64,000 bases of DNA from Desulfuromonadales bacterium (GTDB lineage Bacteria > Desulfobacterota > Desulfuromonadia > Desulfuromonadales > SZUA-540), in contig JAWSUS010000017.1 in the NCBI GenBank assembly GCA_033549025.1, positions 1-64,000 on the forward strand, read 5' to 3'. Of this stretch, positions 48,262-59,659 are shown one piece after another; the stretch's first letter is position 1, and the number at the start of each line of letters is the position of its first letter. The notes under the pieces were generated by a model. It was given only the letters and a program-made list of their open reading frames with translations, made no database searches and was not told the origin of the DNA. The position numbers were made by a program, and so were the translations under genes.

Positions 48262-49230
48262 ATGGAAAAGGCACTGAACCTTCTTCACGACGATCTTGGC
48301 CGTGTCGAAGCCCAATTTGGCGAATATCTCGAATCGGACGTTCTGCTGATTCGCAAGGTCGGCGAATATGTCCTGGCCAGCGGAGGCAAACGTATCCGTC
48401 CTTTGCTGTTGCTTCTCAGTGCCCGTCTGGCCGGTTACCAGGGAGACCGGCACATAGGCCTGGCCGCGGTGATCGAATTCATCCACACGGCCACCTTGCT
48501 CCACGATGATGTTGTCGACAGCGCTGTCCTGCGGCGAGGGGCGGCTTCGGCCAACTCGGTATGGGGCAATGAAGCGTCGGTTCTGGTCGGTGATTTCCTT
48601 TTCGCTAAATCCTTTTCCCTCATGGTTCGCTACGGGAGCCTCGATATTCTGCGTGTTTTGGCCGATGCCACCACGACGATCGCCGAAGGAGAAGTCCAGC
48701 AGCTGATCAACACCTGCGACATCGACCTGTCCGAAGAAAACTACATGAAGGTGGTGCGGGACAAGACGGCTGTTCTTATCGCGGCCGCCTGTCAATGTGG
48801 CGGAATTCTGGGGGGCTGTGATGAGACACAACAGCGAGCCCTCAGTGAATTTGGCCTCGATCTGGGAGTAGCCTTTCAATTCATGGACGATATTCTCGAT
48901 TATGTCGCCGATGAATCGGAGTTTGGTAAAGCCAAAGGACATGATCTGGCCGAAGGAAAAATGACCCTGCCCCTTATCTACGCCGTCAGCCGTTGTTCTG
49001 CTGAGGAGAGAACCAGGGTTGAGGAAATTATCGAAAAAGATGAACTTGAAACGGGAGATTTGAACTTCGTGGTGGATCTCATTGAGCGCACCGGAGGTCT
49101 TGAGTATACCCGGGAGCGGGCCGCTTCTCTGGTTGCCCATGCCACCGGTTATCTGGATATTTTCCCCGAAGATGAGGCAAAGGCAGCTCTCTGCGAGCTG
49201 GCCGAATATGTTGTGAGCCGTCGAAAATAG
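48262..49230 (+). CDS. ispB: Octaprenyl/polyprenyl diphosphate synthase
   Basis: GGKRIRP; LLHDDVVD; FQFMDDILD; DLAEGKMTLP. Confidence 0.9.
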   Translation: MEKALNLLHDDLGRVEAQFGEYLESDVLLIRKVGEYVLASGGKRIRPLLLLLSARLAGYQGDRHIGLAAVIEFIHTATLLHDDVVDSAVLRRGAASANSVWGNEASVLVGDFLFAKSFSLMVRYGSLDILRVLADATTTIAEGEVQQLINTCDIDLSEENYMKVVRDKTAVLIAAACQCGGILGGCDETQQRALSEFGLDLGVAFQFMDDILDYVADESEFGKAKGHDLAEGKMTLPLIYAVSRCSAEERTRVEEIIEKDELETGDLNFVVDLIERTGGLEYTRERAASLVAHATGYLDIFPEDEAKAALCELAEYVVSRRK

Positions 49231-49268
49231 CTGGGCATTTGCCTGTGATTTAACCGTACGGACCTCGT

Positions 49269-49309
49269 AAAATCACCCGCCGGCTTTCAGCCCGCGGGTG
49301 ATTTTTTTT
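49269..49309 (+). terminator. Rho-independent terminator
   Basis: AAAATCACCCGC...GCGGGTGATTTTTTTT. Confidence 0.75.
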
Positions 49310-49440
49310 GTGCCTTCAATCGCAATATCCCGAAATTATTGCGATTGGCTGGACTGAGATGGTTGGCTCGGAACTTGCTCATCCAGAGATAACCAGTCGG
49401 GATCATCCCGAATAAACTTCTCTGCATAAGCGAGGCGGTC

Positions 49441-49677
49441 ATGAGTGAGGAAGTTCTTGTCCATAGCTGTCGTGTCCATTTCAGCGGTCACGATTATGAT
49501 GTTTTTGTCTACAGCCGACCCGATGGCAGTCATCTCGCCAAAACCTTTTTCACGCCTCGCGACGTCATCATCAGTGACGGAATCACTCTGGACGAAGTTC
49601 TGTCAAAACACCAGCACCTGTTGCCTCTGGCGGTCACCTCCCGCGATATCCTGCGGCAGTTCCGCAAGGATAACTGA
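49441..49677 (+). CDS. Small hypothetical protein
   Basis: 78 aa, RBS GAGG, protein-like composition. Confidence 0.6.
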   Translation: MSEEVLVHSCRVHFSGHDYDVFVYSRPDGSHLAKTFFTPRDVIISDGITLDEVLSKHQHLLPLAVTSRDILRQFRKDN

Positions 49678-49751
49678 TCCTGCCGTCCCCCTGGTATTTT
49701 AGCCGTCTGTTTTTCGTTTAGCCGTATCCTTTTCCCTGCTATACTCCCGCC

Positions 49752-52280
49752 ATGCCGCGCCTCAATCTGCACAAGAAACTGCTGATGGCTTTCTGGGTCA
49801 TCTCTCTGGCTCCCCTTGTTTTCCTGGCAGTCAATTCGAATCAGAGCATACGGAAGGTCGAATCGATTCTGGTCGAAAACGCCTCTAGCGCTCTCGATGA
49901 CCAGGCCGCCAAGGCCCTGGTTCTGCGCGCTCAAATGGTGGCCGCGGAGGTCAGCGCTTTTCTGCGGACAGCCGAATCGGACCTCTTTGATCTGGCCTCT
50001 CTGCCTGTAACCACAATCTCCTATCTGGATTTTTACAGCCGTCACCGCCGGCAAATCTGGTACCGCAGTGGGACCAACGCAAAGCCGGTGGAAAAGCGTG
50101 AGATCGTTCCTCTTTATTCGGAGCTGGCTTTCATCGACGCCCAGGGGCAGGAAAGGCTTCGTATAGCCGAAGGAAAGGTCTCCCCCCTCCTGCGCGATGT
50201 CTCTCACCCTGAAAACACAACCTACCTCTCGGAAACCTATTTTGACGAAGCACGGCAACTGCCGGCCGGACAGGTTTTTGTGTCCCGGTTGACGGGCTGG
50301 CATGTGAATAAAGAGGATCAGCTTCAGGGGCAGCCGACTCCGGAATCTGCTGTTGAGGGCCGTTCTTACCAAGGCGTGATCCGATTTTCGACGCCTCTCA
50401 GAAAGGAAAACGGCGACCTGGTGGGGGTTGTGGTCCTTTCTCTGGACCATCGGCATCTCATGGAGTTCACCCAGCACATTATTCCTACCGAAGAGCACTA
50501 TGTCGTTTTTCCGTCCTACGACAGCGGCAACTACGCTTTTATGTTCGACGATGAAGGGTGGATGATCACCCATCCAAAGTACTGGGATATTCGCGGCCTG
50601 GACGATCAGGGGAGGCTGGTGCCGCCTTACACGGTGGAATCGTCACCCGAAGCGGTTGAAAAAGGCCTCATCCCCTACAATCTGCTTTTTGCCGGGTTTA
50701 TTCATCCCAACTATCCCGTGGCGGCTGATGAGGTTTTTACGGGGCGATCGGGGGTGGTCGATGTTACCAATGTCGGCGGATCCCAGAAGATCATGGCCTA
50801 TGCTCCCATCTTTTACGATCGCGGCGTTTATGCAGACAAAGGGGTATTCGGCGGGGTAACCATCGGCGCGGAACTGGCCAATTTTCACCGTCCGGCCCTG
50901 ATGGCCTCGGCGTCGATTCGTCGGGAAATCAGCCGTTTTACCCAACATTCAGGTTTGCTGATTACCGTAACCGGATTAATCGTCGTGCTGGTCGCTTATC
51001 TGCTTTCTCGCAGTATAGGACGCCCCCTGCTTCAACTGACCGAGGGGACAAAGGAGATGGCCAAGGGCAATCTCGACGCCAGGGTGACTGTTCACAGCCA
51101 CGATGAGGTGGGCGAGTTGGCGCAATCGTTCAACACGATGGCCAACGAATTGCGCCGTCGCCATGAAAAACTCGTCAAGACCCTGGCCGACCTGCGGAGT
51201 TCCCGTTATGAAATTTTACGGGAAAGAAATTTCAAGGAGACCATTGTCGAGAATATCGAAACCGGCATTCTCACCCTGGATCCCCAAGGCCGGGTGACTT
51301 CGGCAAACAGCCCGGTCCTGCGCATCCTGAACCTGAATCTGGAGCGGACGCCGAACCCGGTCCCCCTCGAACAGGCCCTGGAGGCCTGGCCTGAAATCTG
51401 GGAGGCTCTGGCCAAGCCGCTGGCGGAAAGTATAAGCGGTTTCTGGAGCCGGTACTTCTATCTCGAACGGGCGGGCAAGCACCAGACCTTTCGCATCGCC
51501 CTGCTTCCTGTAGCTTTCAGTGGCGAAAAAGGGCGCATTGTCACCGTCGAAGACCTGACGGAGCGTACCAATATGCGCCGGCGCATGGAGCGCATGGAAC
51601 GCCTCGCTTCCCTCGGGCGCCTGTCCGCGGGCATCGCCCACGAGATTCGCAATCCCCTGACGGGGGTCAGTCTGCTGCTCGATGAACTGCATGACCGGCT
51701 GCTGCGTTTCCCCGAGGACCAGAGTCTTATTCGCCGGGCCCTGGAAGAGATGGAGCGACTGGAAGGCCTGGTGAATGAATTGCTGAATTTTTCAGCTCCT
51801 TCCCAACCATCCTTGACGCGGGTCGATGTCGCCGATGTGCTTCGGGAGACGCTTTTCCTCTGTCAGAAGCAGTTGCAGAAGTCCGGCATCGTTCTGCAGG
51901 AAGAGATCGAGCCGGACCGTCCTCTTGTTCTCCTCGATTTTTCCAAGATGAAGCAGGCCTTTCTCAATCTGGTGACCAACGCTATCCAGGCTATGCCGCA
52001 AGGTGGAATCCTCCGGGTGCTGATCGGCTTTGACGAGGAACAGGTCACCGTTTCGTTCGTCGATACGGGGCAGGGCATCGCCCCCGATCTGATCCCGCTG
52101 ATTTTTGAGCCTTTCTACACCAATAAGGGGGGCGGCACCGGCCTGGGACTGTCCATTACCCACAATATTGTGTCCGACCACGGCGGACGCATTGAGGTGG
52201 AAAGCCGTCCCGGCGCGGGAAGCACCTTCACCATCTGGCTGCCCCTTCACCCGGAGGAGCGTGCAGGCCACGACAATTGA
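49752..52280 (+). CDS. Membrane sensor histidine kinase (Cache-like periplasmic, HAMP, PAS, HisKA, HATPase)
   Basis: 2 [38 protein letters not shown]. Confidence 0.93.
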   Translation: MPRLNLHKKLLMAFWVISLAPLVFLAVNSNQSIRKVESILVENASSALDDQAAKALVLRAQMVAAEVSAFLRTAESDLFDLASLPVTTISYLDFYSRHRRQIWYRSGTNAKPVEKREIVPLYSELAFIDAQGQERLRIAEGKVSPLLRDVSHPENTTYLSETYFDEARQLPAGQVFVSRLTGWHVNKEDQLQGQPTPESAVEGRSYQGVIRFSTPLRKENGDLVGVVVLSLDHRHLMEFTQHIIPTEEHYVVFPSYDSGNYAFMFDDEGWMITHPKYWDIRGLDDQGRLVPPYTVESSPEAVEKGLIPYNLLFAGFIHPNYPVAADEVFTGRSGVVDVTNVGGSQKIMAYAPIFYDRGVYADKGVFGGVTIGAELANFHRPALMASASIRREISRFTQHSGLLITVTGLIVVLVAYLLSRSIGRPLLQLTEGTKEMAKGNLDARVTVHSHDEVGELAQSFNTMANELRRRHEKLVKTLADLRSSRYEILRERNFKETIVENIETGILTLDPQGRVTSANSPVLRILNLNLERTPNPVPLEQALEAWPEIWEALAKPLAESISGFWSRYFYLERAGKHQTFRIALLPVAFSGEKGRIVTVEDLTERTNMRRRMERMERLASLGRLSAGIAHEIRNPLTGVSLLLDELHDRLLRFPEDQSLIRRALEEMERLEGLVNELLNFSAPSQPSLTRVDVADVLRETLFLCQKQLQKSGIVLQEEIEPDRPLVLLDFSKMKQAFLNLVTNAIQAMPQGGILRVLIGFDEEQVTVSFVDTGQGIAPDLIPLIFEPFYTNKGGGTGLGLSITHNIVSDHGGRIEVESRPGAGSTFTIWLPLHPEERAGHDN

Positions 52281-52435
52281 GTCCTGCCAAGGAAGGAATT
52301 GCCCGCCCCGGGTGGCTAAAATCCACCATTTTTGATCTTGCCTTTCCGGCCATACAGACCTAGTATGTCCTTTTGCTGGCGTTTTTCGGCCAGTGTCAAG
52401 TGACCTGAGAGTAATAGCCTGGAGTTCTGGAGTTT

Positions 52436-53824
52436 ATGGAAAAAATTCTGATCGTGGATGACGAGGCGTTTATCCGCGAGAATCTCGAGCGTATTCTATC
52501 GGAGGAGGGGTATCGCCCTTTTTCGACCGACAACGGTGACGATGCGCTGAAAAAAATCGCGGAGGAAGATGTCGATCTCGTCTTTCTCGACCTCAATCTG
52601 GGAAGCCAGAGCGGGCTCGATATTCTGCGGGCGATCAAGGAAGTGGACCCCAAGGTTCTGGTCATAATCATTACCGGCTATGGCACCGTGGAGAGCGCGG
52701 TTGAAGCCCTTAAGCTGGGAGCCTACGACTATATCAAAAAGCCTTTCAAGGCCGACGCCATTCGCCTGATTGTACGTCTGGCTCTGGAGGCCCAGCACCT
52801 GCGGCGAGAAGTCCGCCAGCTGCGGCGGGAAGGCAAAGACGCTCTCGGTGCGACTGATATGGTAGGTTCCAGTCCTCAACTGCTGCAGATCTATCGTCAG
52901 ATGCGCGAAGTCGCCAAACATGAAACGGCCACGGTGCTCATTACCGGCGAAAGCGGGACCGGCAAGGAGCTGGTCGCCCGCGGCATTCACAACCTGTCGC
53001 CGCGCAAAGAGCGTCCTTTCGTCGAGATCAACTGCGGTTCTTTGCCTTTCAATCTGCTGGAGACCGAGCTTTTCGGTCATGAGCGAGGGGCTTTCACCGA
53101 TGCAAAGTCGCGCAAGATTGGCCTGTTTGAAGAATCGAGCGGGGGGACCGTCTTTCTGGACGAAATCGGTGAGATGGATCTCAATCTGCAGGTCAAGCTT
53201 CTGCGTGTGCTTGAGGACCGCAAAATCAGGCGGTTGGGGGGTACGCGCAATATCGATATTGACGTTCGGGTGATTGCGGCGACCAATAGGGATTTGAAAG
53301 AGGCCATTGCCGAAAAGAATTTCAGGGAAGACCTCTATTACCGTCTCAATGTCTTTCCCATTCACGTTCCGCCGCTGCGTGAGCGACGTGAAGACATCCC
53401 GCCTCTGCTCGACTATTTTTTCAAGCGTTTCAGTGGGGAATTCAAAAAGAGCGTCCGCGAAATTTCCCGCGAAGCTCTGGATCTGCTTATGCGCTACCGT
53501 TGGCCGGGCAACGTGCGTGAGCTTCGTAATGTGGTTGAGCGCATCTGCATCATGAATCAGGGCGATGTACTAACCCCCGAAACTCTGCCCCGCGAGATAT
53601 GGGGGGAAGCGCCGGTGGAAAAGGCCAGCTTCCAGTTTGATATCCCCCCTGAAGGGATTCTGTTCGAGCAGATCGTCGAGCAGGTCGAAAAGGAGATCAT
53701 CGCCAGGGCTATTCAGATCACGGGGGGGAATGTGGCCAAAACCGCCCGACTGCTCAATGTCCCCCGCGGAACGCTCCGCTACAAACTCGAAAAATATGAA
53801 CTCGGCGGTGATGACTCACCCTAG
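52436..53824 (+). CDS. Sigma54-dependent response regulator
   Basis: REC; GESGTGKE; GAFTDA; WPGNVREL; Fis HTH. Confidence 0.95.
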   Translation: MEKILIVDDEAFIRENLERILSEEGYRPFSTDNGDDALKKIAEEDVDLVFLDLNLGSQSGLDILRAIKEVDPKVLVIIITGYGTVESAVEALKLGAYDYIKKPFKADAIRLIVRLALEAQHLRREVRQLRREGKDALGATDMVGSSPQLLQIYRQMREVAKHETATVLITGESGTGKELVARGIHNLSPRKERPFVEINCGSLPFNLLETELFGHERGAFTDAKSRKIGLFEESSGGTVFLDEIGEMDLNLQVKLLRVLEDRKIRRLGGTRNIDIDVRVIAATNRDLKEAIAEKNFREDLYYRLNVFPIHVPPLRERREDIPPLLDYFFKRFSGEFKKSVREISREALDLLMRYRWPGNVRELRNVVERICIMNQGDVLTPETLPREIWGEAPVEKASFQFDIPPEGILFEQIVEQVEKEIIARAIQITGGNVAKTARLLNVPRGTLRYKLEKYELGGDDSP

Positions 53825-53860
53825 GCTTCTCCTGTGGGTCCTTCTTTTCGTTGATTGATC

Positions 53861-53892
53861 AGCCTCCCTTGTTCTCGGGGAGGCTTTTTTTT
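53861..53892 (+). terminator. Rho-independent terminator
   Basis: AGCCTCCC...GGGAGGCT plus T run. Confidence 0.7.
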
Positions 53893-53963
53893 GAAAGGAC
53901 AAAGACTGATCTTTGCTGGGGAAATTGAGTTTGTCTGCGACTTGGCCTGTGTATCTTCATGGG

Positions 53964-54043
53964 TGGCTAAAAAAAGCCATTCCCGGGGCGCTTCCTGCGG
54001 GGATTAAAATTTTTTGGAGCCACATAGTGGCTAAAAAAGGCCA
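53964..54043 (+). promoter_or_regulatory. Tandem palindromic enhancer sites (UAS)
   Basis: TGGCT-AAAAAA-AGCCA (53964-53979) and TGGCT-AAAAAA-GGCCA (54028-54043), upstream of a sigma54 promoter. Confidence 0.65.
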
Positions 54044-54186
54044 TATTGTGCCCTGCTCTAGGACTTTTGATTGGTATGAATTTATAACAGTATTTTAGAT
54101 TTTAGTTCGAAGTTTAATGAAAAAAGAGTGTAAAAACAGTTGTGTATACGGTTTGGGACACATCGTCCCGACGCATTTTTACCTCC

Positions 54187-54203
54187 TTGGCACTAGGGTT
54201 GCT
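54187..54203 (+). promoter_or_regulatory. Sigma54 promoter of the DASS transporter
   Basis: TTGGCACTAGGGTTGCT, consensus -24/-12. Confidence 0.88.
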
Positions 54204-54274
54204 TACAGGAAACAGTTCTTGAAGCCGATGCCCTGTCTAGGCTGTCATTATCCCGTCGCTAGGAGAGAGATCAT

Positions 54275-56014
54275 ATGTTTTCTGCACTGATGGACCGTCT
54301 CTGGAGTATGCATGACGAGACGAAGAAGCTCGTTCTTTTTGATCCGAAGGCCCTGATCAAGGACATCAAAAAGAATCTCGCCTTCAACAGTTCCAACCCT
54401 GAGCATGATGCGGACCTGTCCGAAGAACTCGATGATGCGCCGGCAGAACATGCCCGTCGGATCAAATCGAGTCCCGGCGGGGTTGAGGAAGGGGAGCCAC
54501 GAGAATACACAAAGCGCCAAAAAATCGGTCTGTTTCTTGGCCCCATACTGATGGTCCTCATGCTTGTGATCCCCACGCCGGCCGGCATGACGCCTGATGC
54601 GCAGAGAATGGCCTCCATCGCCCTGCTCATGGCCTGCTGGTGGATGTGCGAGTCCATTCCCATCCCGGCGACCAGTCTGCTGCCCATCCCCCTTTTTCCG
54701 CTCTTCGGGCTCATGCCCACGGGCAAAGCGACCGCTCCCTATGCCAGCCACCTGATTTTCCTCTTCATGGGCGGGTTTATCATCGCGCTGGCCATGCAGC
54801 GCTGGAACCTGCACCGGCGTATCGCCATGAACATCGTCAAGACGGTCGGTTTTTCACCCAGTCGGTTGATTTTCGGCTTCATGGTGGCGACGGCGGTGCT
54901 GTCGGCCTTCGTTTCCAATACGGCGACGGCGGTCATGATGATGCCTATCGGCCTGGCCATTATCAGCCATGTGGTGGAAGAGGGTAAAAAGGAAGGGTTG
55001 GACAAAGTCATTGATTTCTCCCCCGAACACTTTGCCTTCGGTCTGAATCTGATGCTGGGTATTGCCTATGCCGCCTCTATCGGTGGCATCGCTACCCTGA
55101 TTGGCACCCCTCCCAATACGGTACTGGCCGGTTATCTGCAGAAAACCTACGGATATGAGATCACTTTTGCCAAATGGCTTCTGGTTGGCGTGCCCCTGGT
55201 GGTGGTCATGCTGCCGCTGACCTGGCTGTGGCTGACCCGGGTGGCCAATCCCATGAAACTGAAAAAGGTACCGGGGGGGCGCGACCTGATCAATGCCGAG
55301 CTCAAAGAAATGGGCCCCATGAACAGCGGGGAAAGGTGGACGGCTCTGGTCTTTACCCTGACTGCCCTGTCCTGGATTTTTCGCAAGCAAATCGGGTTTC
55401 TCTTCCCCGATCCCAAGATGGTCACCGACGCGGCCATCGGCATGACGGGTGCTTTGCTTCTTTTCCTCATCCCTATCAACATGAAAAAGAACACCTTCGT
55501 CATGGACTGGCATTGGGCTTCCAAGATGCCCTGGGGGGTATTGATTCTTTTCGGCGGCGGTCTCGCTCTGGCCGACGGTTTCAAGGTGACCAAGCTCGCC
55601 GACTGGATCGGCAGCCAGGTCAGCCTGCTGGAAAACGCGCCTATTTTCATTCTGATTGTCGCCGTCGCTGCCCTGATCATCTTCCTGACGGAACTGACCT
55701 CCAACACGGCCACGGCCGCCATGGTCATGCCCATTCTGTCGGCTGTCGCCATCGGCCTGGGGCAAAATCCCCTGCTGCTGGTCGTGCCCGCTGCCATCGC
55801 CGCTTCCTGCGCCTTTATGCTGCCCGTGGCGACGCCGCCCAACGCTATCGTGTTCGGTTCCGGCTATGTCACTATCCCCCAGATGGTCAAGAGCGGTTTC
55901 GGCCTCAACATCATCGGCATCGTTCTTGCCGTTGCCATCACCTATATTCTGGTGATGCCGGTCTTTGGCGTTGTCGTCGACCAGTTGCCCCAGTGGGTGC
56001 TGGCTGCCGGCTGA
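54275..56014 (+). CDS. DASS/SLC13 sodium:dicarboxylate symporter
   Basis: Two SNT motifs (VSNTAT, TSNTAT); IGTPPN; LPVATPPNAIV. Confidence 0.93.
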   Translation: MFSALMDRLWSMHDETKKLVLFDPKALIKDIKKNLAFNSSNPEHDADLSEELDDAPAEHARRIKSSPGGVEEGEPREYTKRQKIGLFLGPILMVLMLVIPTPAGMTPDAQRMASIALLMACWWMCESIPIPATSLLPIPLFPLFGLMPTGKATAPYASHLIFLFMGGFIIALAMQRWNLHRRIAMNIVKTVGFSPSRLIFGFMVATAVLSAFVSNTATAVMMMPIGLAIISHVVEEGKKEGLDKVIDFSPEHFAFGLNLMLGIAYAASIGGIATLIGTPPNTVLAGYLQKTYGYEITFAKWLLVGVPLVVVMLPLTWLWLTRVANPMKLKKVPGGRDLINAELKEMGPMNSGERWTALVFTLTALSWIFRKQIGFLFPDPKMVTDAAIGMTGALLLFLIPINMKKNTFVMDWHWASKMPWGVLILFGGGLALADGFKVTKLADWIGSQVSLLENAPIFILIVAVAALIIFLTELTSNTATAAMVMPILSAVAIGLGQNPLLLVVPAAIAASCAFMLPVATPPNAIVFGSGYVTIPQMVKSGFGLNIIGIVLAVAITYILVMPVFGVVVDQLPQWVLAAG

Positions 56015-56173
56015 TAACTCGTAAAATTTCTTTTGTGACCCTGCCCCCTCAGGGTCTTTGCGCCCCGTTCCAAGCCCTCCTCCGGAACGGGGTTTTTTTA
56101 TTCGCCGGAGGTGCTTCGGGCATCATTGCGCCCGGACTCAGACAGTGGTAAAAGTAAGTGTCCGGAGGCCGCC

Positions 56174-58465
56174 ATGAACCCTTTGCTGCGCCACAGAATA
56201 AAGGTCAGAGGAATCGTCCAGGGCGTCGGGTTCAGGCCCTTCGTTTATCAGATGGCCACGCGATTCGCTCTGTCGGGTTGGGTCCTCAACGATTCCGATG
56301 GCGTGGTGATCGAGGTGGAAGGAGAGAAAGCCCGTCTCGACGCCTTTGCCTCGGTTTTGGGGGAAGAAAATCCCCCCCTGGCAGCCGTGGAAGAAATTCA
56401 TATTGAGGAGATTCCGGTCACGGGCGAACCGGGTTTTGACATCCGGCAGAGCCAGAGGCACCGGCATCGCGCCACCGAAATCTCTCCTGACACCTTCGTC
56501 TGTACCGATTGTCTGACGGAACTTTTTGACCCCGCCGACCGCCGCTACCGTTATCCCTTCATCAACTGCACCAACTGTGGTCCCCGCTACACCCTCGTCA
56601 CCGATGTCCCCTATGACCGCAGCTGCACGACCATGGCCGGGTTTACGATGTGTCCCGCCTGTCAGCGTGAGTATGACGATCCTTCTTCCCGCCGCTTTCA
56701 TGCGCAGCCCAACGCCTGTCCGGACTGCGGTCCTCAGATCCTCTTGCGGGATGCTACGGGGCAGGTGGTGAACACGACCGATCCTGTAAGTGAGGCGGTC
56801 TCTCTTCTCTCGCAAGGTTGTATTCTGGCCGTGAAAGGGGTTGGCGGCTATCATCTGGCGGTCGATCCCTGCCATGATCAGGCTTTACGGAGACTGCGGC
56901 GCCGAAAAGGGCGCGATGAAAAGCCCTTTGCCCTGATGGTGGCCGACGTGAGCACGGCCCAGCGTCTCGCCGTGCTGGATGAGGATGGCAGGCGGCTGCT
57001 GGAGAGTACCGAACGGCCCATCGTTCTGCTGTCGCAGCGTTCCGGACATGGCCTCTCTCCGCACGTCGCTCCGCATAATCGCTATTTCGGCCTCATGCTT
57101 CCCTATGCGCCCTTGCACTATCTGCTTTTCCAGGACTCTTTCAGCGCCCTCGTCATGACCAGCGCCAATCTCAGTGAAGAACCCATCGTTTTTCGGGATG
57201 AAGACGCGCAGGCAACTCTCCGTGGTTTGGCCGATTACACGCTGGAGCACAACCGTCCCATTCACATCCGCACCGACGATTCCATCGCCCGCATTCTTGG
57301 CGGGCGGGGCCTATTGCTGCGCCGTTCTCGCGGATTTGTGCCAAGGGCGATCCGTCTGAGCCGTCACACGGAACCCGTTCTGGCCGTGGGGGCCGAGCTC
57401 AAAAACACTCTGTGTCTGACGCGCGGCCAGCAGGCCTATCTGAGTCAACATATCGGCGACCTCAAAAGTCCCGAGGTTTTTCGCTCTTTTCTGCAAACCT
57501 ACGATCACTTCCGCCATATTCTCGGGGTTGATCCCGATATCGTGGCCCATGATCTCCATCCCGATTATCAGTCGACAGCTTTTGCCCGGCAGTTGCAGGG
57601 CAAGATGCTGGTGGGAGTCCAGCATCATCATGCTCATTTGGCCAGCTGCCTGGCGGAAAACTGCTTTGAGGGGGAGGCCATCGGCGTTGTTTTTGACGGA
57701 GCCGGCTACGGCGAGGACGGTCAGGTCTGGGGAGGGGAGTTTCTGCTGGGGGATTGTCGGGATTTCCGCCGCGCCGGGCATCTGGCCTATCTGCCCATGC
57801 CGGGGGGGGATGCCGCAACGCGAGAACCGCTGCGCATGGGGCTCAGTGCGCTCTTTCACGCCTTTGGCCGAGAGTTGCCGGACCACCCGCTGGTTAAGGA
57901 TCTTCCGCCAGCTGAAATCCAGTTTTATCTGCAGATGATGGAACGTGGTCTCAATACGCCGCTGACCTCAAGTTGCGGCCGCCTTTTCGATGCGGTGGCC
58001 GCTTTGGCCGGCCTGCGATACCGGGTGAGCTACGAAGGTCAGGCGGCGCTCGAACTGGAAATGGCGATCCCGGAAAACCCGGGCGAGGAGGCCTATCCCT
58101 TTGTGCTCGAGAAAATAGGGGAGGAACTGATTGCCAGCCCTGCCAGAGTATTCCGGGCCCTGGTAGATGACCGGCAACAGGGTGTGGACGCTGGCCGCAT
58201 CAGCCTCCGTTTTCATAACGGCCTCGCCCGCCTGATTCTGGATGCCTGCCGCAGTTTGAGAAATCAATTCGGTCTGCAGACCGTGGCTTTGACCGGCGGA
58301 GTTTTTCAGAATCGCTATCTGACCGAAAAAGCGCGGGCTTTTCTGCTGGAAGAAGGTTTCCGCGTTCTCCTCCATTCCCTCGTGCCCCCCAATGATGGTG
58401 GTATTTCCATGGGGCAGGCCGTTGTGGCGGCGCGGCGGACCGAAGTCGGCCGGCCAGGAGGTTGA
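56174..58465 (+). CDS. hypF: Hydrogenase maturation carbamoyltransferase HypF
   Basis: GIVQGVGFRPF; CxxC Zn fingers (CTNCGPRY); HDLHPDY; QHHHAH; PPNDGGISMGQ. Confidence 0.96.
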   Translation: MNPLLRHRIKVRGIVQGVGFRPFVYQMATRFALSGWVLNDSDGVVIEVEGEKARLDAFASVLGEENPPLAAVEEIHIEEIPVTGEPGFDIRQSQRHRHRATEISPDTFVCTDCLTELFDPADRRYRYPFINCTNCGPRYTLVTDVPYDRSCTTMAGFTMCPACQREYDDPSSRRFHAQPNACPDCGPQILLRDATGQVVNTTDPVSEAVSLLSQGCILAVKGVGGYHLAVDPCHDQALRRLRRRKGRDEKPFALMVADVSTAQRLAVLDEDGRRLLESTERPIVLLSQRSGHGLSPHVAPHNRYFGLMLPYAPLHYLLFQDSFSALVMTSANLSEEPIVFRDEDAQATLRGLADYTLEHNRPIHIRTDDSIARILGGRGLLLRRSRGFVPRAIRLSRHTEPVLAVGAELKNTLCLTRGQQAYLSQHIGDLKSPEVFRSFLQTYDHFRHILGVDPDIVAHDLHPDYQSTAFARQLQGKMLVGVQHHHAHLASCLAENCFEGEAIGVVFDGAGYGEDGQVWGGEFLLGDCRDFRRAGHLAYLPMPGGDAATREPLRMGLSALFHAFGRELPDHPLVKDLPPAEIQFYLQMMERGLNTPLTSSCGRLFDAVAALAGLRYRVSYEGQAALELEMAIPENPGEEAYPFVLEKIGEELIASPARVFRALVDDRQQGVDAGRISLRFHNGLARLILDACRSLRNQFGLQTVALTGGVFQNRYLTEKARAFLLEEGFRVLLHSLVPPNDGGISMGQAVVAARRTEVGRPGG

Positions 58466-58469
58466 GGGG

Positions 58470-59432
58470 TCAGATGCCGAGGATCTGGGCCAGCTGCAGA
58501 AGAACCTGATCGATCGGTCGCAGCCCTGAGGTCAGAACTTTTTCCAGTTCGGTGAAAGTGACCTTGCCGCAACTGAGGCCGACCATCTTCCCCGATTCCC
58601 CACTCATAAGCGCTTCGACCGTACTGGCGCCAAAACGGGCTGCGAGGACGCGGTCAAAAGTGCTGGGTGAACCCCCGCGCTGATAGTGTCCCAGGACCAT
58701 GATGCGGGTTTCAAAGCCGACCTTGTCCTTGATCTGCTCGGCAATGGTCTGGGCCTGTCCCACCCCTTCGGCGACCATGATGATTGAATTGTCCCGGCCT
58801 TCCTCAAAGCGCCGCTTGAGATTGGCGCAAATCGCTTCGATATCGTAAGGCATCTCCGGAATGAGAGCATGCTCGGCCCCGCAGGCAATGGCCGCTACCA
58901 CCGCCAGATAACCACATTTTCTGCCCATGGTTTCCACCAGAAAAGCGCGGTCGTGCGACGATGCAGTGTCTTTGAGGCAGTCGACGGCGTGGATGATATT
59001 GTTCAGCGCGGTGTCGACCCCCAGGGACATATCGGTAAAGGGGATATCGTTGTCAATGGAAGCGGGGATGCCGATAACCGGGATGCCCCGAGCATGCAGG
59101 GCCCTGGCGCCGCGAAGAGAGCCGTCTCCGCCGATGACGACCAGTCCCTCCACCTGGTGTCTTTGCAGGGTGGCCACCGCCGCCTCAAGACCGTCTGGCG
59201 TGTGCATTTCAGGGCAGCGGGCACTCTGCAAAAAAGTCCCGCCCCGTTGCAGGATACCGCTTACGGAGCGAGTCGTCATGGGTTCTGCCAGGTCGTGGAT
59301 CAGGCCGTAATAGCCTTTTTGAAAACCAACGATATCCAGTTTGGCCGCCAGGGCGGAGCGAACCACCGCCCGTATGGCTGCGTTCATTCCCTGGCAGTCA
59401 CCGCCACTGGTTAATACGGCTACTTTTTTCAT
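58470..59432 (-). CDS. pfkA: 6-phosphofructokinase
   Basis: VLTSGGDCQGMNAAIR; GGDGS; SIDND; ETMGR; LGHYQRGG. Confidence 0.93.
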   Translation of the reverse strand: MKKVAVLTSGGDCQGMNAAIRAVVRSALAAKLDIVGFQKGYYGLIHDLAEPMTTRSVSGILQRGGTFLQSARCPEMHTPDGLEAAVATLQRHQVEGLVVIGGDGSLRGARALHARGIPVIGIPASIDNDIPFTDMSLGVDTALNNIIHAVDCLKDTASSHDRAFLVETMGRKCGYLAVVAAIACGAEHALIPEMPYDIEAICANLKRRFEEGRDNSIIMVAEGVGQAQTIAEQIKDKVGFETRIMVLGHYQRGGSPSTFDRVLAARFGASTVEALMSGESGKMVGLSCGKVTFTELEKVLTSGLRPIDQVLLQLAQILGI

Positions 59433-59659
59433 AGGGACCTCTTGGCTAAGGTGGGGGCTTGCACCGGTTGGCATAAAGGAGTTAACCACGGGCAGGACTT
59501 TTGTCAAAGTCGAAAGCCTCTTCCTGTTGTCCCTCGGGAGATTCGGCCAAAAACACCTGCTGTCGGCCAATGGTTGGCAGCACGATTTTCTTTGTGCTAC
59601 CCTGAAAACTTCAACCAGGTATCCTGTCTTGTGATCCTTTTAACCTGCTGGGAGATTCG

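Noticed and set aside
56174..58465. hypF without neighbouring hyp or hydrogenase genes
   Set aside because: Dispersed hypF is common; nothing else is unusual about the gene.
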